From Macrostomum lignano (Eukaryota): DNA of 64,000 nucleotides. The stretch spans positions 1 through 64,000 of the forward strand of contig NIVC01002856.1 of assembly GCA_002269645.1 (NCBI GenBank), read 5' to 3'. The notes below the pieces were generated by a model. That model saw only the letters and a list, made by a program, of their open reading frames with translations, was not told the DNA's origin and searched no databases. Below, piece by piece: positions 35,712 through 49,780 of the stretch. A program made the position numbers and the translations under genes. Numbering within the stretch: the stretch's first letter is position 1; each line of letters starts with the position of its first letter.

Positions 35712-38700
35712 TGCTGCATAGAGTGTTTACAGACTGAGGCTGGGTAGCTGCAGCTGCAATGGATACTGCTGTCTTGAGTGTTTACAGACTGAGGCTGGGT
35801 AGCTGCAGCTGCAATGGATACTGCTGCATAGAGTGTTTACAGACTGAGGCTGGGTAGCTGCAGCTGCAATATATACTGCTGCATAGAGTGTTTACAGACT
35901 GAGGCTGGGCAGCTGCAGCTGCAATGGATACTGCAGCATAGATCAGTGTTTACAGACTGAGGCTGGGTAGCTGCAGCTGCAATGGATACTGCTGCATAGA
36001 GTGTTTACAGACTGAGGCTGGGTAGCTGCAGCTGCAATGGATACTGCTGCATAGAGTGTTTACAGACTGAGGCTGGGTAGCTGCAGCTGCAATGGATACT
36101 GCTGTCTTGAGTGTTTACAGACTGAGGCTGGGTAGCTGCAGCTGCAATGGATACTGCTGCATAGAGTGTTTACAGACTGAGGCTGGGTAGCTGCAGCTGC
36201 AATGGATACTGCTGCATAGAGTGTTTACAGACTGAGGCTGGGTAGCTGCAGCTGCAATGGATACTGCTGCATAGAGTGTTTACAGACTGAGGCTGGGTAG
36301 CTGCAGCTGCAATGGATACTGCTGCATAGAGTGTTTACAGACTGAGGCTGGGTAGCTGCAGCTGCAATGGATACTGCTGCATAGAGTGTTTACAGACTGA
36401 GGCTGGGTAGCTGCAGCTGCAATGGATACTGCTGCATAGAGTGTTTACAGACTGAGGCTGGGTAGCTGCAGCTGCAATGGATACTGCTGCATAGAGTGTT
36501 TACAGACTGAGGCTGGGTAGCTGCAGCTGCAATGGATACTGCTGCATAGAGTGTTTACAGACTGAGGCTGGGTAGCTGCAGCTGCAATGGATACTGCTGT
36601 CTTGAATGTTTACAGACTGAGGCTGGGTAGCTGCAGCTGCAATGGATACTGCTGCATAGAGTGTTTACAGACTGAGGCTGGGCAGCTGCAGCTGCAATGG
36701 ATACTGCTGCATAGAGTGTTTACAGACTGAGGCTGGGTAGCTGCAGCTGCAATGGATACTGCTGCATAGAGTGTTTACAGACTGAGGCTGGGTAGCTGCA
36801 GCTGCAATGGATACTGCTGCATAGAGTGTTTACAGACTGAGGCTGGGTAGCTGCAGCTGCAATGGATACTGCTGCATAGAGTGTTTACAGACTGAGGCTG
36901 GGTAGCTGCAGCTGCAATGGATACTGCTGTCTTGAATGTTTACAGACTGAGGCTGGGTAGCTGCAGCTGCAATGGATACTGCTGCATAGAGTGTTTACAG
37001 ACTGAGGCTGGGTAGCTGCAGCTGCAATGGATACTGCTGCATAGAGTGTTTACAGACTGAGGCTGGGTAGCTGCAGCTGCAATGGATACTGCTGCATAGA
37101 GTGTTTACAGACTGAGGCTGGGTAGCTGCAGCTGCAATGGATACTGCTGTCTTGAATGTTTACAGACTGAGGCTGGGTAGCTGCAGCTGCAATGGATACT
37201 GCTGCATAGAGTGTTTACAGACTGAGGCTGGGTAGCTGCAGCTGCAATGGATACTGCTGCATAGAGTGTTTACAGACTGAGGCTGGGTAGCTGCAGCTGC
37301 AATGGATACTGCTGCTTGAATGTTTACAGACTGAGGCTGGGTAGCTGCAGCTGCAATGGATACTGCTGCATAGAGTGTTTACAGACTGAGGCTGGGTAGC
37401 TGCAGCTGCAATGGATACTGCTGCATAGAGTGTTTACAGACTGAGGCTGGGTAGCTGCAGCTGCAATGGATACTGCTGCATAGAGTGTTTACAGACTGAG
37501 GCTGGGTAGCTGCAGCTGCAATGGATACTGCTGCATAGAGTGTTTACAGACTGAGGCTGGGTAGCTGCAGCTGCAATGGATACTGCTGCATAGAGTGTTT
37601 ACAGACTGAGGCTGGGTAGCTGCAGCTGCAATGGATACTGCTGCATAGAGTGTTTACAGACTGAGGCTGGGTAGCTGCAGCTGCAATGGATACTGCTGCA
37701 TAGAGTGTTTACAGACTGAGGCTGGGTAGCTGCAGCTGCAATGGATACTGCTGCATAGAGTGTTTACAGACTGAGGCTGGGTAGCTGCAGCTGCAATGGA
37801 TACTGCTGCATAGAGTGTTTACAGACTGAGGCTGGGTAGCTGCAGCTGCAATGGATACTGCTGCATAGAGTGTTTACAGACTGAGGCTGGGTAGCTGCAG
37901 CTGCAATGGATACTGCTGCATAGAGTGTTTACAGACTGAGGCTGGGTAGCTGCAGCTGCAATGGATACTGCTGCATAGAGTGTTTACAGACTGAGGCTGG
38001 GTAGCTGCAGCTGCAATGGATACTGCTGCTTGAGTGTTTACAGACTGAGGCTGGGTAGCTGCAGCTGCAATGGATACTGCTGCATAGAGTGTTTACAGAC
38101 TGAGGCTGGGTAGCTGCAGCTGCAATGGATACTGCTGCATAGAGTGTTTACAGACTGAGGCTGGGTAGCTGCAGCTGCAATGGATACTGCTGCTAGAGTG
38201 TTTACAGACTGAGGCTGGGTAGCTGCAGCTGCAATGGATACTGCTGCATAGAGTGTTTACAGACTGAGGCTGGGTAGCTGCAGCTGCAATGGATACTGCT
38301 GCATAGAGTGTTTACAGACTGAGGCTGGGTAGCTGCAGCTGCAATGGATACTGCTGCATAGAGTGTTTACAGACTGAGGCTGGGTAGCTGCAGCTGCAAT
38401 GGATACTGCTGCATAGAGTGTTTACAGACTGAGGCTGGGTAGCTGCAGCTGCAATGGATACTGCTGCATAGAGTGTTTACAGACTGAGGCTGGGTAGCTG
38501 CAGCTGCAATGGATACTGCTGCATAGAGTGTTTACAGACTGAGGCTGGGTAGCTGCAGCTGCAATGGATACTGCTGCATAGAGTGTTTACAGACTGAGGC
38601 TGGGTAGCTGCAGCTGCAATGGATACTGCTGCATAGAGTGTTTACAGACTGAGGCTGGGTAGCTGCAGCTGCAATGGATACTGCTGCATAGAGTGTTTAC

Positions 38701-41700
38701 AGACTGAGGCTGGGTAGCTGCAGCTGCAATGGATACTGCTGCATAGAGTGTTTACAGACTGAGGCTGGGTAGCTGCAGCTGCAATGGATACTGCTGCATA
38801 GAGTGTTTACAGACTGAGGCTGGGTAGCTGCAGCTGCAATGGATACTGCTGCATAGAGTGTTTACAGACTGAGGCTGGGTAGCTGCAGCTGCAATGGATA
38901 CTGCTGCATAGAGTGTTTACAGACTGAGGCTGGGTAGCTGCAGCTGCAATGGATACTGCTGCATAGAGTGTTTACAGACTGAGGCTGGGTAGCTGCAGCT
39001 GCAATGGATACTGCTGCATAGAGTGTTTACAGACTGAGGCTGGGTAGCTGCAGCTGCAATGGATACTGCTGCATAGAGTGTTTACAGACTGAGGCTGGGT
39101 AGCTGCAGCTGCAATGGATACTGCTGCATAGAGTGTTTACAGACTGAGGCTGGGTAGCTGCAGCTGCAATGGATACTGCTGCATAGAGTGTTTACAGACT
39201 GAGGCTGGGTAGCTGCAGCTGCAATGGATACTGCTGCATAGAGTGTTTACAGACTGAGGCTGGGTAGCTGCAGCTGCAATGGATACTGCTGCATAGAGTG
39301 TTTACAGACTGAGGCTGGGTAGCTGCAGCTGCAATGGATACTGCTGCATAGAGTGTTTACAGACTGAGGCTGGGTAGCTGCAGCTGCAATATATACTGCT
39401 GCATAGAGTGTTTACAGACTGAGGCTGGGTAGCTGCAGCTGCAATGGATACTGCTGCATAGAGTGTTTACAGACTGAGGCTGGGTAGCTGCAGCTGCAAT
39501 GGATACTGCTGCATAGAGTGTTTACAGACTGAGGCTGGGTAGCTGCAGCTGCAATGGATACTGCTGCATAGAGTGTTTACAGACTGAGGCTGGGTAGCTG
39601 CAGCTGCAATGGATACTGCTGCATAGAGTGTTTACAGACTGAGGCTGGGTAGCTGCAGCTGCAATGGATACTGCTGCATAGAGTGTTTACAGACTGAGGC
39701 TGGGTAGCTGCAGCTGCAATGGATACTGCTGCATAGAGTGTTTACAGACTGAGGCTGGGTAGCTGCAGCTGCAATGGATACTGCTGCATAGAGTGTTTAC
39801 AGACTGAGGCTGGGTAGCTGCAGCTGCAATGGATACTGCTGCATAGAGTGTTTACAGACTGAGGCTGGGTAGCTGCAGCTGCAATGGATACTGCTGCATA
39901 GAGTGTTTACAGACTGAGGCTGGGTAGCTGCAGCTGCAATGGATACTGCTGCATAGAGTGTTTACAGACTGAGGCTGGGTAGCTGCAGCTGCAATGGATA
40001 CTGCTGCATAGAGTGTTTACAGACTGAGGCTGGGTAGCTGCAGCTGCAATGGATACTGCTGCATAGAGTGTTTACAGACTGAGGCTGGGTAGCTGCAGCT
40101 GCAATGGATACTGCTGCATAGAGTGTTTACAGACTGAGGCTGGGTAGCTGCAGCTGCAATGGATACTGCTGCATAGAGTGTTTACAGACTGAGGCTGGGT
40201 AGCTGCAGCTGCAATGGATACTGCTGCATAGAGTGTTTACAGACTGAGGCTGGGTAGCTGCAGCTGCAATGGATACTGCTGCATAGAGTGTTTACAGACT
40301 GAGGCTGGGTAGCTGCAGCTGCAATGGATACTGCTGCATAGAGTGTTTACAGACTGAGGCTGGGTAGCTGCAGCTGCAATGGATACTGCTGCATAGAGTG
40401 TTTACAGACTGAGGCTGGGTAGCTGCAGCTGCAATGGATACTGCTGCATAGAGTGTTTACAGACTGAGGCTGGGTAGCTGCAGCTGCAATGGATACTGCT
40501 GCATAGAGTGTTTACAGACTGAGGCTGGGTAGCTGCAGCTGCAATGGATACTGCTGCATAGAGTGTTTACAGACTGAGGCTGGGTAGCTGCAGCTGCAAT
40601 GGATACTGCTGCATAGAGTGTTTACAGACTGAGGCTGGGTAGCTGCAGCTGCAATGGATACTGCTGCATAGAGTGTTTACAGACTGAGGCTGGGTAGCTG
40701 CAGCTGCAATGGATACTGCTGCATAGAGTGTTTACAGACTGAGGCTGGGTAGCTGCAGCTGCAATGGATACTGCTGCATAGAGTGTTTACAGACTGAGGC
40801 TGGGTAGCTGCAGCTGCAATGGATACTGCTGCAGTAGAGTGTTTACAGACTGAGGCTGGGTAGCTGCAGCTGCAATGGATACTGCTGCATAGAGTGTTTA
40901 CAGACTGAGGCTGGGTAGCTGCAGCTGCAATGGATACTGCTGCATAGAGTGTTTACAGACTGAGGCTGGGTAGCTGCAGCTGCAATGGATACTGCTGCAT
41001 AGAGTGTTTACAGACTGAGGCTGGGTAGCTGCAGCTGCAATGGATACTGCTGCATAGAGTGTTTACAGACTGAGGCTGGGTAGCTGCAGCTGCAATGGAT
41101 ACTGCTGCATAGAGTGTTTACAGACTGAGGCTGGGTAGCTGCAGCTGCAATGGATACTGCTGCATAGAGTGTTTACAGACTGAGGCTGGGTAGCTGCAGC
41201 TGCAATGGATACTGCTGCATAGAGTGTTTACAGACTGAGGCTGGGTAGCTGCAGCTGCAATGGATACTGCTGCATAGAGTGTTTACAGACTGAGGCTGGG
41301 TAGCTGCAGCTGCAATGGATACTGCTGCATAGAGTGTTTACAGACTGAGGCTGGGTAGCTGCAGCTGCAATGGATACTGCTGCATAGAGTGTTTACAGAC
41401 TGAGGCTGGGTAGCTGCAGCTGCAATGGATACTGCTGCATAGAGTGTTTACAGACTGAGGCTGGGTAGCTGCAGCTGCAATGGATACTGCTGCATAGAGT
41501 GTTTACAGACTGAGGCTGGGTAGCTGCAGCTGCAATGGATACTGCTGCATAGAGTGTTTACAGACTGAGGCTGGGTAGCTGCAGCTGCAATGGATACTGC
41601 TGCATAGAGTGTTTACAGACTGAGGCTGGGTAGCTGCAGCTGCAATGGATACTGCTGCATAGAGTGTTTACAGACTGAGGCTGGGTAGCTGCAGCTGCAA

Positions 41701-43900
41701 TGGATACTGCTGCATAGAGTGTTTACAGACTGAGGCTGGGTAGCTGCAGCTGCAATGGATACTGCTGCATAGAGTGTTTACAGACTGAGGCTGGGTAGCT
41801 GCAGCTGCAATGGATACTGCTGCATAGAGTGTTTACAGACTGAGGCTGGGTAGCTGCAGCTGCAATGGATACTGCTGCATAGAGTGTTTACAGACTGAGG
41901 CTGGGTAGCTGCAGCTGCAATGGATACTGCTGCATAGAGTGTTTACAGACTGAGGCTGGGTAGCTGCAGCTGCAATGGATACTGCTGCATAGAGTGTTTA
42001 CAGACTGAGGCTGGGTAGCTGCAGCTGCAATGGATACTGCTGCATAGAGTGTTTACAGACTGAGGCTGGGTAGCTGCAGCTGCAATGGATACTGCTGCAT
42101 AGAGTGTTTACAGACTGAGGCTGGGTAGCTGCAGCTGCAATGGATACTGCTGCATAGAGTGTTTACAGACTGAGGCTGGGTAGCTGCAGCTGCAATGGAT
42201 ACTGCTGCATAGAGTGTTTACAGACTGAGGCTGGGTAGCTGCAGCTGCAATGGATACTGCTGCATAGAGTGTTTACAGACTGAGGCTGGGTAGCTGCAGC
42301 TGCAATGGATACTGCTGCATAGAGTGTTTACAGACTGAGGCTGGGTAGCTGCAGCTGCAATGGATACTGCTGCATAGAGTGTTTACAGACTGAGGCTGGG
42401 TAGCTGCAGCTGCAATGGATACTGCTGCATAGAGTGTTTACAGACTGAGGCTGGGTAGCTGCAGCTGCAATGGATACTGCTGCATAGAGTGTTTACAGAC
42501 TGAGGCTGGGTAGCTGCAGCTGCAATGGATACTGCTGCATAGAGTGTTTACAGACTGAGGCTGGGTAGCTGCAGCTGCAATGGATACTGCTGCATAGAGT
42601 GTTTACAGACTGAGGCTGGGTAGCTGCAGCTGCAATGGATACTGCTGCATAGAGTGTTTACAGACTGAGGCTGGGTAGCTGCAGCTGCAATGGATACTGC
42701 TGCATAGAGTGTTTACAGACTGAGGCTGGGTAGCTGCAGCTGCAATGGATACTGCTGCATAGAGTGTTTACAGACTGAGGCTGGGTAGCTGCAGCTGCAA
42801 TGGATACTGCTGCATAGAGTGTTTACAGACTGAGGCTGGGTAGCTGCAGCTGCAATGGATACTGCTGCATAGAGTGTTTACAGACTGAGGCTGGGTAGCT
42901 GCAGCTGCAATGGATACTGCTGCATAGAGTGTTTACAGACTGAGGCTGGGTAGCTGCAGCTGCAATGGATACTGCTGCATAGAGTGTTTACAGACTGAGG
43001 CTGGGTAGCTGCAGCTGCAATGGATACTGCTGCATAGAGTGTTTACAGACTGAGGCTGGGTAGCTGCAGCTGCAATGGATACTGCTGCATAGAGTGTTTA
43101 CAGACTGAGGCTGGGTAGCTGCAGCTGCAATGGATACTGCTGCATAGAGTGTTTACAGACTGAGGCTGGGTAGCTGCAGCTGCAATGGATACTGCTGCAT
43201 AGAGTGTTTACAGACTGAGGCTGGGTAGCTGCAGCTGCAATGGATACTGCTGCATAGAGTGTTTACAGACTGAGGCTGGGCAGCTGCAGCTGCAATGGAT
43301 ACTGCTGCATAGAGTGTTTACAGACTGAGGCTGGGCAGCTGCAGCTGCAATGGATACTGCTGCATAGAGTGTTTACAGACTGAGGCTGGGTAGCTGCAGC
43401 TGCAATGGATACTGCTGCATAGAGTGTTTACAGACTGAGGCTGGGTAGCTGCAGCTGCAATGGATACTGCTGCATAGAGTGTTTACAGACTGAGGCTGGG
43501 TAGCTGCAGCTGCAATGGATACTGCTGCATAGAGTGTTTACAGACTGAGGCTGGGTAGCTGCAGCTGCAATGGATACTGCTGCATAGAGTGTTTACAGAC
43601 TGAGGCTGGGTAGCTGCAGCTGCAATGGATACTGCTGCATAGAGTGTTTACAGACTGAGGCTGGGTAGCTGCAGCTGCAATGGATACTGCTGCATAGAGT
43701 GTTTACAGACTGAGGCTGGGTAGCTGCAGCTGCAATGGATACTGCTGCATAGAGTGTTTACAGACTGAGGCTGGGTAGCTGCAGCTGCAATGGATACTGC
43801 TGCATAGAGTGTTTACAGACTGAGGCTGGGTAGCTGCAGCTGCAATGGATACTGCTGCATAGAGTGTTTACAGACTGAGGCTGGGTAGCTGCAGCTGCAA
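35712..43900. repeat. 55-bp tandem array, about 149 copies, 8.2 kb, very homogeneous
   Basis: Unit GCTGCATAGAGTGTTTACAGACTGAGGCTGGGTAGCTGCAGCTGCAATGGATACT; period checked at 36001/36056. Confidence 0.98.
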
Positions 43901-44916
43901 TCAGTTAAATCAGTTGAGATCTGATTTTAAAGTGCACTCGCTGACCAGGCAGTTTGCAGCGCTACTCAACCAGCAGGGTGATCTCAAGACTCACAGTCAC
44001 GAATGGCAGTACTTACTGGGATTTTGTGGACGAGAGAGAAAGAAGAGAATGAGAAAATCTGTGAGCAGCCGGCCAGGAAATTGTCATTGTGCCACCCGAT
44101 ATCTCCAAGGACTCGCTTGCTAACTCAATTTCGTGGCCGCGTACATGCTTGCAAATCTGAGCTCATTTGTGCGCTGACATGAACAAAAACTCGTACTATT
44201 CAACCTGAAACGTGTCATTGTCGTCTACTTGTCTACTTAAGAGGTGGGCTCGTGTCTGTAATAATACTGGGCTGCAGCTCCCCTCTCCTGCCGAAATCCG
44301 TGCCCACAAAGTGCCTTAGGTGTTCAGGCTTGGCCGTATATTATTGATTCCCAGGGAGCAGCCCTAACCCCGGCTCACCCGCCCGCGCTGTCCACTGCCC
44401 GACAGACCTTCATATCGTTTTCCACCGCTGAGCACTATACTCTCTCTTCTCTGTCCCTCTGTGTTTGCGAATCCTGACAGTTCTGAGTCTCTCGAAGAGA
44501 AACTCTCTGGCAAAGGACTTATTAATTATTCATTCGGGGCCCGGCTCCCTGCTGACTGATGAAGGAGTGAGAGTTCGAGTCAACTGACCCGTAAGTGAGC
44601 AGCAGCTAGCTGAGAATCCGGTGTGGCAAATGCTTGAGTTGTTGGAGAAGATCCAGTTTTCATAATGTATTGCTTGTAATTCCAGTACTGTACCTGCAGC
44701 AGCCCCGGTACCTTATTAGCTTGTGTCTTTTGAAAAATACCGGAACAGGAACCTTTTATATTTGAGCACAATACTTGCTGTTATTATCCTGTCTTATCCT
44801 GGATGCTGATCCAACGGTCATCATTCTGGATAACTTCTATAAAATAGAGCACAATCTTTGAAATGATTTCTTATTCAATGTTCCCCGTTCTTCGACTACT
44901 AGTTCCGATCGAGGTA

Positions 44917-45655
44917 CAAGACCTCAGGGGTAGCGGCACTCACGGGTGGACCGAGACCTCAAGGGTAGCGGCACTCACGGGTGGACCGAGACCTCAGGGG
45001 TAGCGGCACTCACAGGTGGACCGAGACCTCAGGGATAGCGGCACTCACAGAGGACCGAGACCTCAGGGGTAGCGGCACTCACAGGTGGACCGAGACCTCA
45101 GGGATAGCGGCACTCACAGGTGGACCAAGACCTCAGGGATAGCGGCACTCGCGGGTGGACCGAGACCTCAGGTATAGCGGCACTCACAGAGGACCGAGAC
45201 CTCAGGTATAGCGGCACTCACGTGTAGACCGAGACCTCAGGGTTAGCGGCACTCACGGGTGGACCGAGACCTCAGGGGTAGCGGCACTCACGGGTGGACC
45301 GAGACCTCAGGGGTAGCGGCACTCACAGAGGACCGAGACCTCAGGGGTAGCGGCACTCACAGAGGACCGAGACCTCAGGTATAGCGGCACTCACGTGTAG
45401 ACCGAGACCTCAGGGTTAGCGGCACTCACGGGTGGACCGAGACCTCAGGGATAGCGGCACTCACAGGTGGACCGAGACCTCAGGGGTAGCGGCACTCACA
45501 GGTGGACCGAGACCTCAGGGGTAGCGGCACTCACAGGTGGACCGAGACCTCAGTGATAGCGGCACTCACGTGTGGACCGAGACCTCAGGGGTAGCGGCAC
45601 CACAGGTGGACCGAGACCTCAGGGTTAGCGGCACTCATAGAAGGACCGAGACCCT
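44917..45655. repeat. 35-bp minisatellite (GAGACCTCAGGGGTAGCGGCACTCACAGGTGGACC), about 21 copies
   Basis: Period checked at 44941/44976. Confidence 0.96.
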
Positions 45656-46469
45656 AGGGGCGGTCGGGATGGATCCTGCGGTGTGATATTAAGTCTGGTA
45701 CGGTAGTTTATTAAAGAATACAGAAAATATTACATCGCATGCATAGTCTCTGGGCCCGTTGAACCACCAATAGTTATCCAGTTAGGTATTTTTTGTACAC
45801 TGGCAGCAACTGTCGGAAGGAAGTTAACTGCACTTTCCAGAGCGGGACGATCCGGGTTGCCCTCAAAAAGCGGTACTTGTTGGTGGTTTGGTGTGCCAGA
45901 TCCTTGTGGAATGTTTTCTGCATCATTTTTCATGCCAGCGCCTGACAGAATCTCCGGATTGCGGGGTAAAAGAGGAAACTCGCTACCCAGGACACCCCCG
46001 CTAACAACCTCCAGCATCCGCTGCACTTCATTGTCCCCTCTTACCCACTGGCATTCCGCTTTACTGCCAGGTGCCAGAGGTGTCTTTACAAATAATCTAT
46101 TTTCGAATTCATCCGTACCCGGATGGTCTGGAAAACTATTTGCACACCCGCAACCCTCGCTGTTACTCTCACTTTTGAATCGGAAAAAGCATTTTGTAAT
46201 TTTTCCCCAAAATCTGACTAAATCCTGGTCTTAAGTTTGCGGCTGTAGTTTCCCACGCTTTCAGTCCAGATGCTAACTATTGATATCCATGAACTAGGCA
46301 GACATGAGCTTTCTGTAGTAACTATAAGTTCGTTTGTTAATAGCTAAACTTTGGCAGTTAACAAAGTGTTCTGCACCATCTAAGCATAATAATACGCTCG
46401 TAATAATATAGCTCGTAGTAATAATATTAGTAATAATAATACTAACAATATTCGCAGAAGGTTGCCTTC

Positions 46470-46775
46470 GGCGACATGGTCCAACAACCAGCGCTGAGGC
46501 AATTCTGCCCATTCTGCTGAGCACATACAAGCGCGCCAGTACTGTGCGCAGGCTCGCTTTCAAACACACGCTCACACAGGGTGTTCAGCGACCCTCTCTG
46601 TGCCTCCTACACTCCCTGTGCCTTGGGAGTTGGCCCTCATAGGTCTGAATCGCACGAAGACACCCAGTCAATTTTCAAGCGCAAATTAATGTGGCTGGGT
46701 TGTGTATCCGGATGTGGAATCGAACCAGGGGTCGCTGGCGCAAAAGTCAGACGCGTTTACCGCTGAGCTGGCCCG
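46470..46775 (-). mobile_element. tRNA-derived SINE copy
   Basis: Minus-strand head with A-box-like AGCTCAGCGGTA and B box GGTTCGATTCC, then the shared body. Confidence 0.75.
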
Positions 46776-47669
46776 ACCCGCACCAGCTAAGCATTGGAAG
46801 TCAATAGAAACTGAGACGGCGGGAAAGAGGCAACGTATGAGAAGGAAATTGAGCAGTAGAGCTTGGGAAAATCTAGAGAGATTAAGAGATTGCGGCTGTC
46901 GGGGCTTGGCGAGGCAAACAAACTCTTAGTAGTATTTTTAGTTCCACTCGGGGTGCCTTAAAGCATAAACGAGAAACTCCCAGGAGGGGCCATCAGATAT
47001 GCAAATGGGCCCGGCCTCCTTGTTTGCCTTGTCTTTCAATGATCTCGGAGAGGCAAGACGGAGAAGTAAAATGGCCTTCCTTCGGCTGAAGAATTCTCGC
47101 GGTCACGGTTGTGCCTCGGTGGATAAACACTTTTTCGATTCTTTTATTCCAATTTCCCTTCTTTTGCCCGAGAAAAACAGAAATTTGCATGGTAAAGTGG
47201 CTTCAAGGCTGCACGGCAGTCGCAATTGCTTGAAATGGCGGTTGATTTCGCAACAACTGACTTCTGTAAAACTTGAAGCGGCACGGTATCTGAAGTATGG
47301 AGGAGTGTTTTACGAAGGTGGATTAAGTCAGGGATGAATTGAGTAGACATCCAATTCTATAGCAAATACGAGTGTAGATTAGCAATCCATTCTATTCCTC
47401 CTTGCATGGGTTGGGCTATAGATTAAAAATAATAACAAGGGGCCGTATGCAGAAAGCTCTGTCTAGGGTAATCCGGTCTTGAAAAGCTAGTCTGGACTTG
47501 GATTTGGTATGCAGAAACACAAAGTTAGACCGGTCTACTATAGACAGAACTAAGGTAGCTAGACCATAGACTATAGACTGAACTACCCAAGTCCGGACTA
47601 GCTAGTCTGGACTAAGCTTTCTGCATACGGCCGAATATCTTATACTTGCAGGGGAGTTTTGGGCACCCT

Positions 47670-47960
47670 GGAACAACGCCTTCGACGACATTGTCCTACG
47701 ACCAGCGCTGAGACAGTTCTGCCCAATCCGCTGACTCCTGAGCACCTCATACAAGCGCGCCAATACTGTACGCAGGCACAGCACTCACACACACGCTCAC
47801 ACAGGGTGCACAGGGGCCCTGAATTCCTAATCGTCAGGCATGTACACTCTCTGTGTCTTGGGGGTTGGCCCTCATGGCTGTGAATCGCAGGACGACTCCC
47901 CGGCAAATTTTCGTGCACAAGCGTAGAATCGAACCAACCATAGCCTATCTCATCCACCAT
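47670..47960 (-). mobile_element. tRNA-derived SINE copy
   Basis: B-box-like GGTTCGATTCT on the minus strand plus the shared body. Confidence 0.72.
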
Positions 47961-49384
47961 ATTTATAGAATGATTGTCGCAGGCAGGCTCGAATCGCACA
48001 GGTCAAAGCGCTAATCAAGACCAACTCTTAGATGGAGTTTTATCGCCTTCAATTCCAGCTAGCGTCCGATACGCAATTGAGGTTTGCAGGCCTGGGCCAG
48101 TAAAAACACTGCAAACAAGAGGCACCCGAGCAGATTCTCGAGGGGAAGGGAAACGAGCTACTTTTTAGAGCGAGAGAGAGAAGAGCAAAGGCTTTGCGCA
48201 AGCTGGCTCAGCAAGGATGGGATTATTTGATGGCCGAAGCCCCGGCCTCCAGGATGGACCCGGCGCCCGCATCGCTCGCAGGCTATGCCGGTTCCCAAGT
48301 CTCTTATCGCCTATCGGCGACCCGCATCTCTGCCGCGCAGAAAGAGAGAGAGAGAGGCCTGCTCGGGAGGAGTCTCTCCCTTTTAGTCTAGACTAGTCAG
48401 ATGCAGCTGGCGCCCCACTGTACCCAATAGGGCAGTTAATGGCAATGGAGTCAGCCCTGAATAACTCCTCACTCGCCATTCCTGCCCTGGGCCTTTTAAC
48501 AGTGTTTGCTCACTTATTGTGCCGTCGCTTCGGCGGGGTGGAGTGGAGAAGGATGGGGGGAAAAGCCAAATAAACATTTTGCCGGAGCAGCGACTCTACT
48601 TCATCGCCCACTTCATCATCCGTCTCTTTCGCCCTCGCCCTCTACCTCCTCTCCTTGAATTTGTGCGCTCCGCGTCCTTGAGATCGCGTGGTTGGCCGTC
48701 CGGTCTTTGAGACCCCCACCTCACTCGCAATGGCTGGTTTTTGGTGGGCCGGCCTCCCATTTGCTAACCCCAGACCCCCCTTAGTGACAGCATTTTGCTT
48801 CGCCTATAATATCGGATCAGTCAATCTGATCTCAGAGAATGAGAGATTCCTCTTTTGCCCTGTCAGTGAAAGCGTCTCTAGTGGGCCGTCGATAAATTTG
48901 AAGTCCAAGCAACGCTGATTAAGAGCAAGTCCTCTCACTGAGCACCTTCGAGAAGCCTAACCTAATCAACGTTAAGGACTGCTAGTTAGCAAAGAATGGC
49001 AGCTCAAGAGTGACTCCCAGCCAGCTCTCTTACTGACTGCAATTTGCGATCTGCTGCTTCTCAGGAGGACGGCGGCAGAATGTCGAATGACAAAAAGAAG
49101 GAGCGCTGGTCCTTCCTGTCCGCGATGTCGGGCAGAACAAAGTGAGGCGACACACTGTGTAGAGCTTGCAAATGTAGTTCAGGAAGTGGGTTTTCTGGAT
49201 TGCACTTTCTGCCAGCGAGTCCTCCCAAGTAGCGCTTGTTCTGTCACTCGCACTCTTTCCCGCTTCGTCAATATGTGACCTCCTATTCAGTTAGTTTAGT
49301 TAATAAGTTAGCTTGCAGATAGCTTTTGGCACTTATCGCCAATCAAGGCGACCCGTAGCCTGCAAAAGGATACAAGTACGTAGT

Positions 49385-49595
49385 GACGGCGATTCTGCTG
49401 ACCCCTGAGCATGCACACACTCCGGGTGTACAGCGGCACTGGCTTTCTCATCGTCAGGCACGTAAACTCTCTGTGCCTTGGGGGTCGGCCCTCACAAGCG
49501 AGAGTCGCACAAGATGCGCCAAATTATTGTGGCCGCGCGCGGATTCGAACCCGGGGTCGTGTGCGCGAGAGACAGACGCGTTTACCTGTCTTAGC
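49385..49595 (-). mobile_element. tRNA-derived SINE copy
   Basis: Minus-strand B box GGTTCGAATCC; head shares GGTAAACGCGTCTG with the 46.7 kb copy; shared body. Confidence 0.75.
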
Positions 49596-49780
49596 TTATC
49601 TTTCGAAAATGTTGAAGCTTTTTTGTATTGCTTTAGCGACTTTTAGCGAAAGCTTTAGCTGAAGATAACACAAAATTAGTCAAGAGCTTGCTCCCAATAG
49701 CTTGAAAATAGCTGCGTCCGTTGTTGCTGTGATTGTTCTAATGATAAAGCCCTGTCTCTCTCCTCCCCTCCAATTTCAGA

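Noticed and set aside
35712-43900. CRISPR-like regularity
   Set aside because: Head-to-tail repeats with no unique spacers and no cas genes; eukaryotic context.
49087-49278. CPRC...H motif suggesting a LINE zinc knuckle (also 33940-34020)
   Set aside because: Too short and degenerate to support.
49520-49595. tRNA gene (also 46710-46775 and 63110-63180)
   Set aside because: B box present, but acceptor and anticodon stems do not pair and each is fused to the SINE body.
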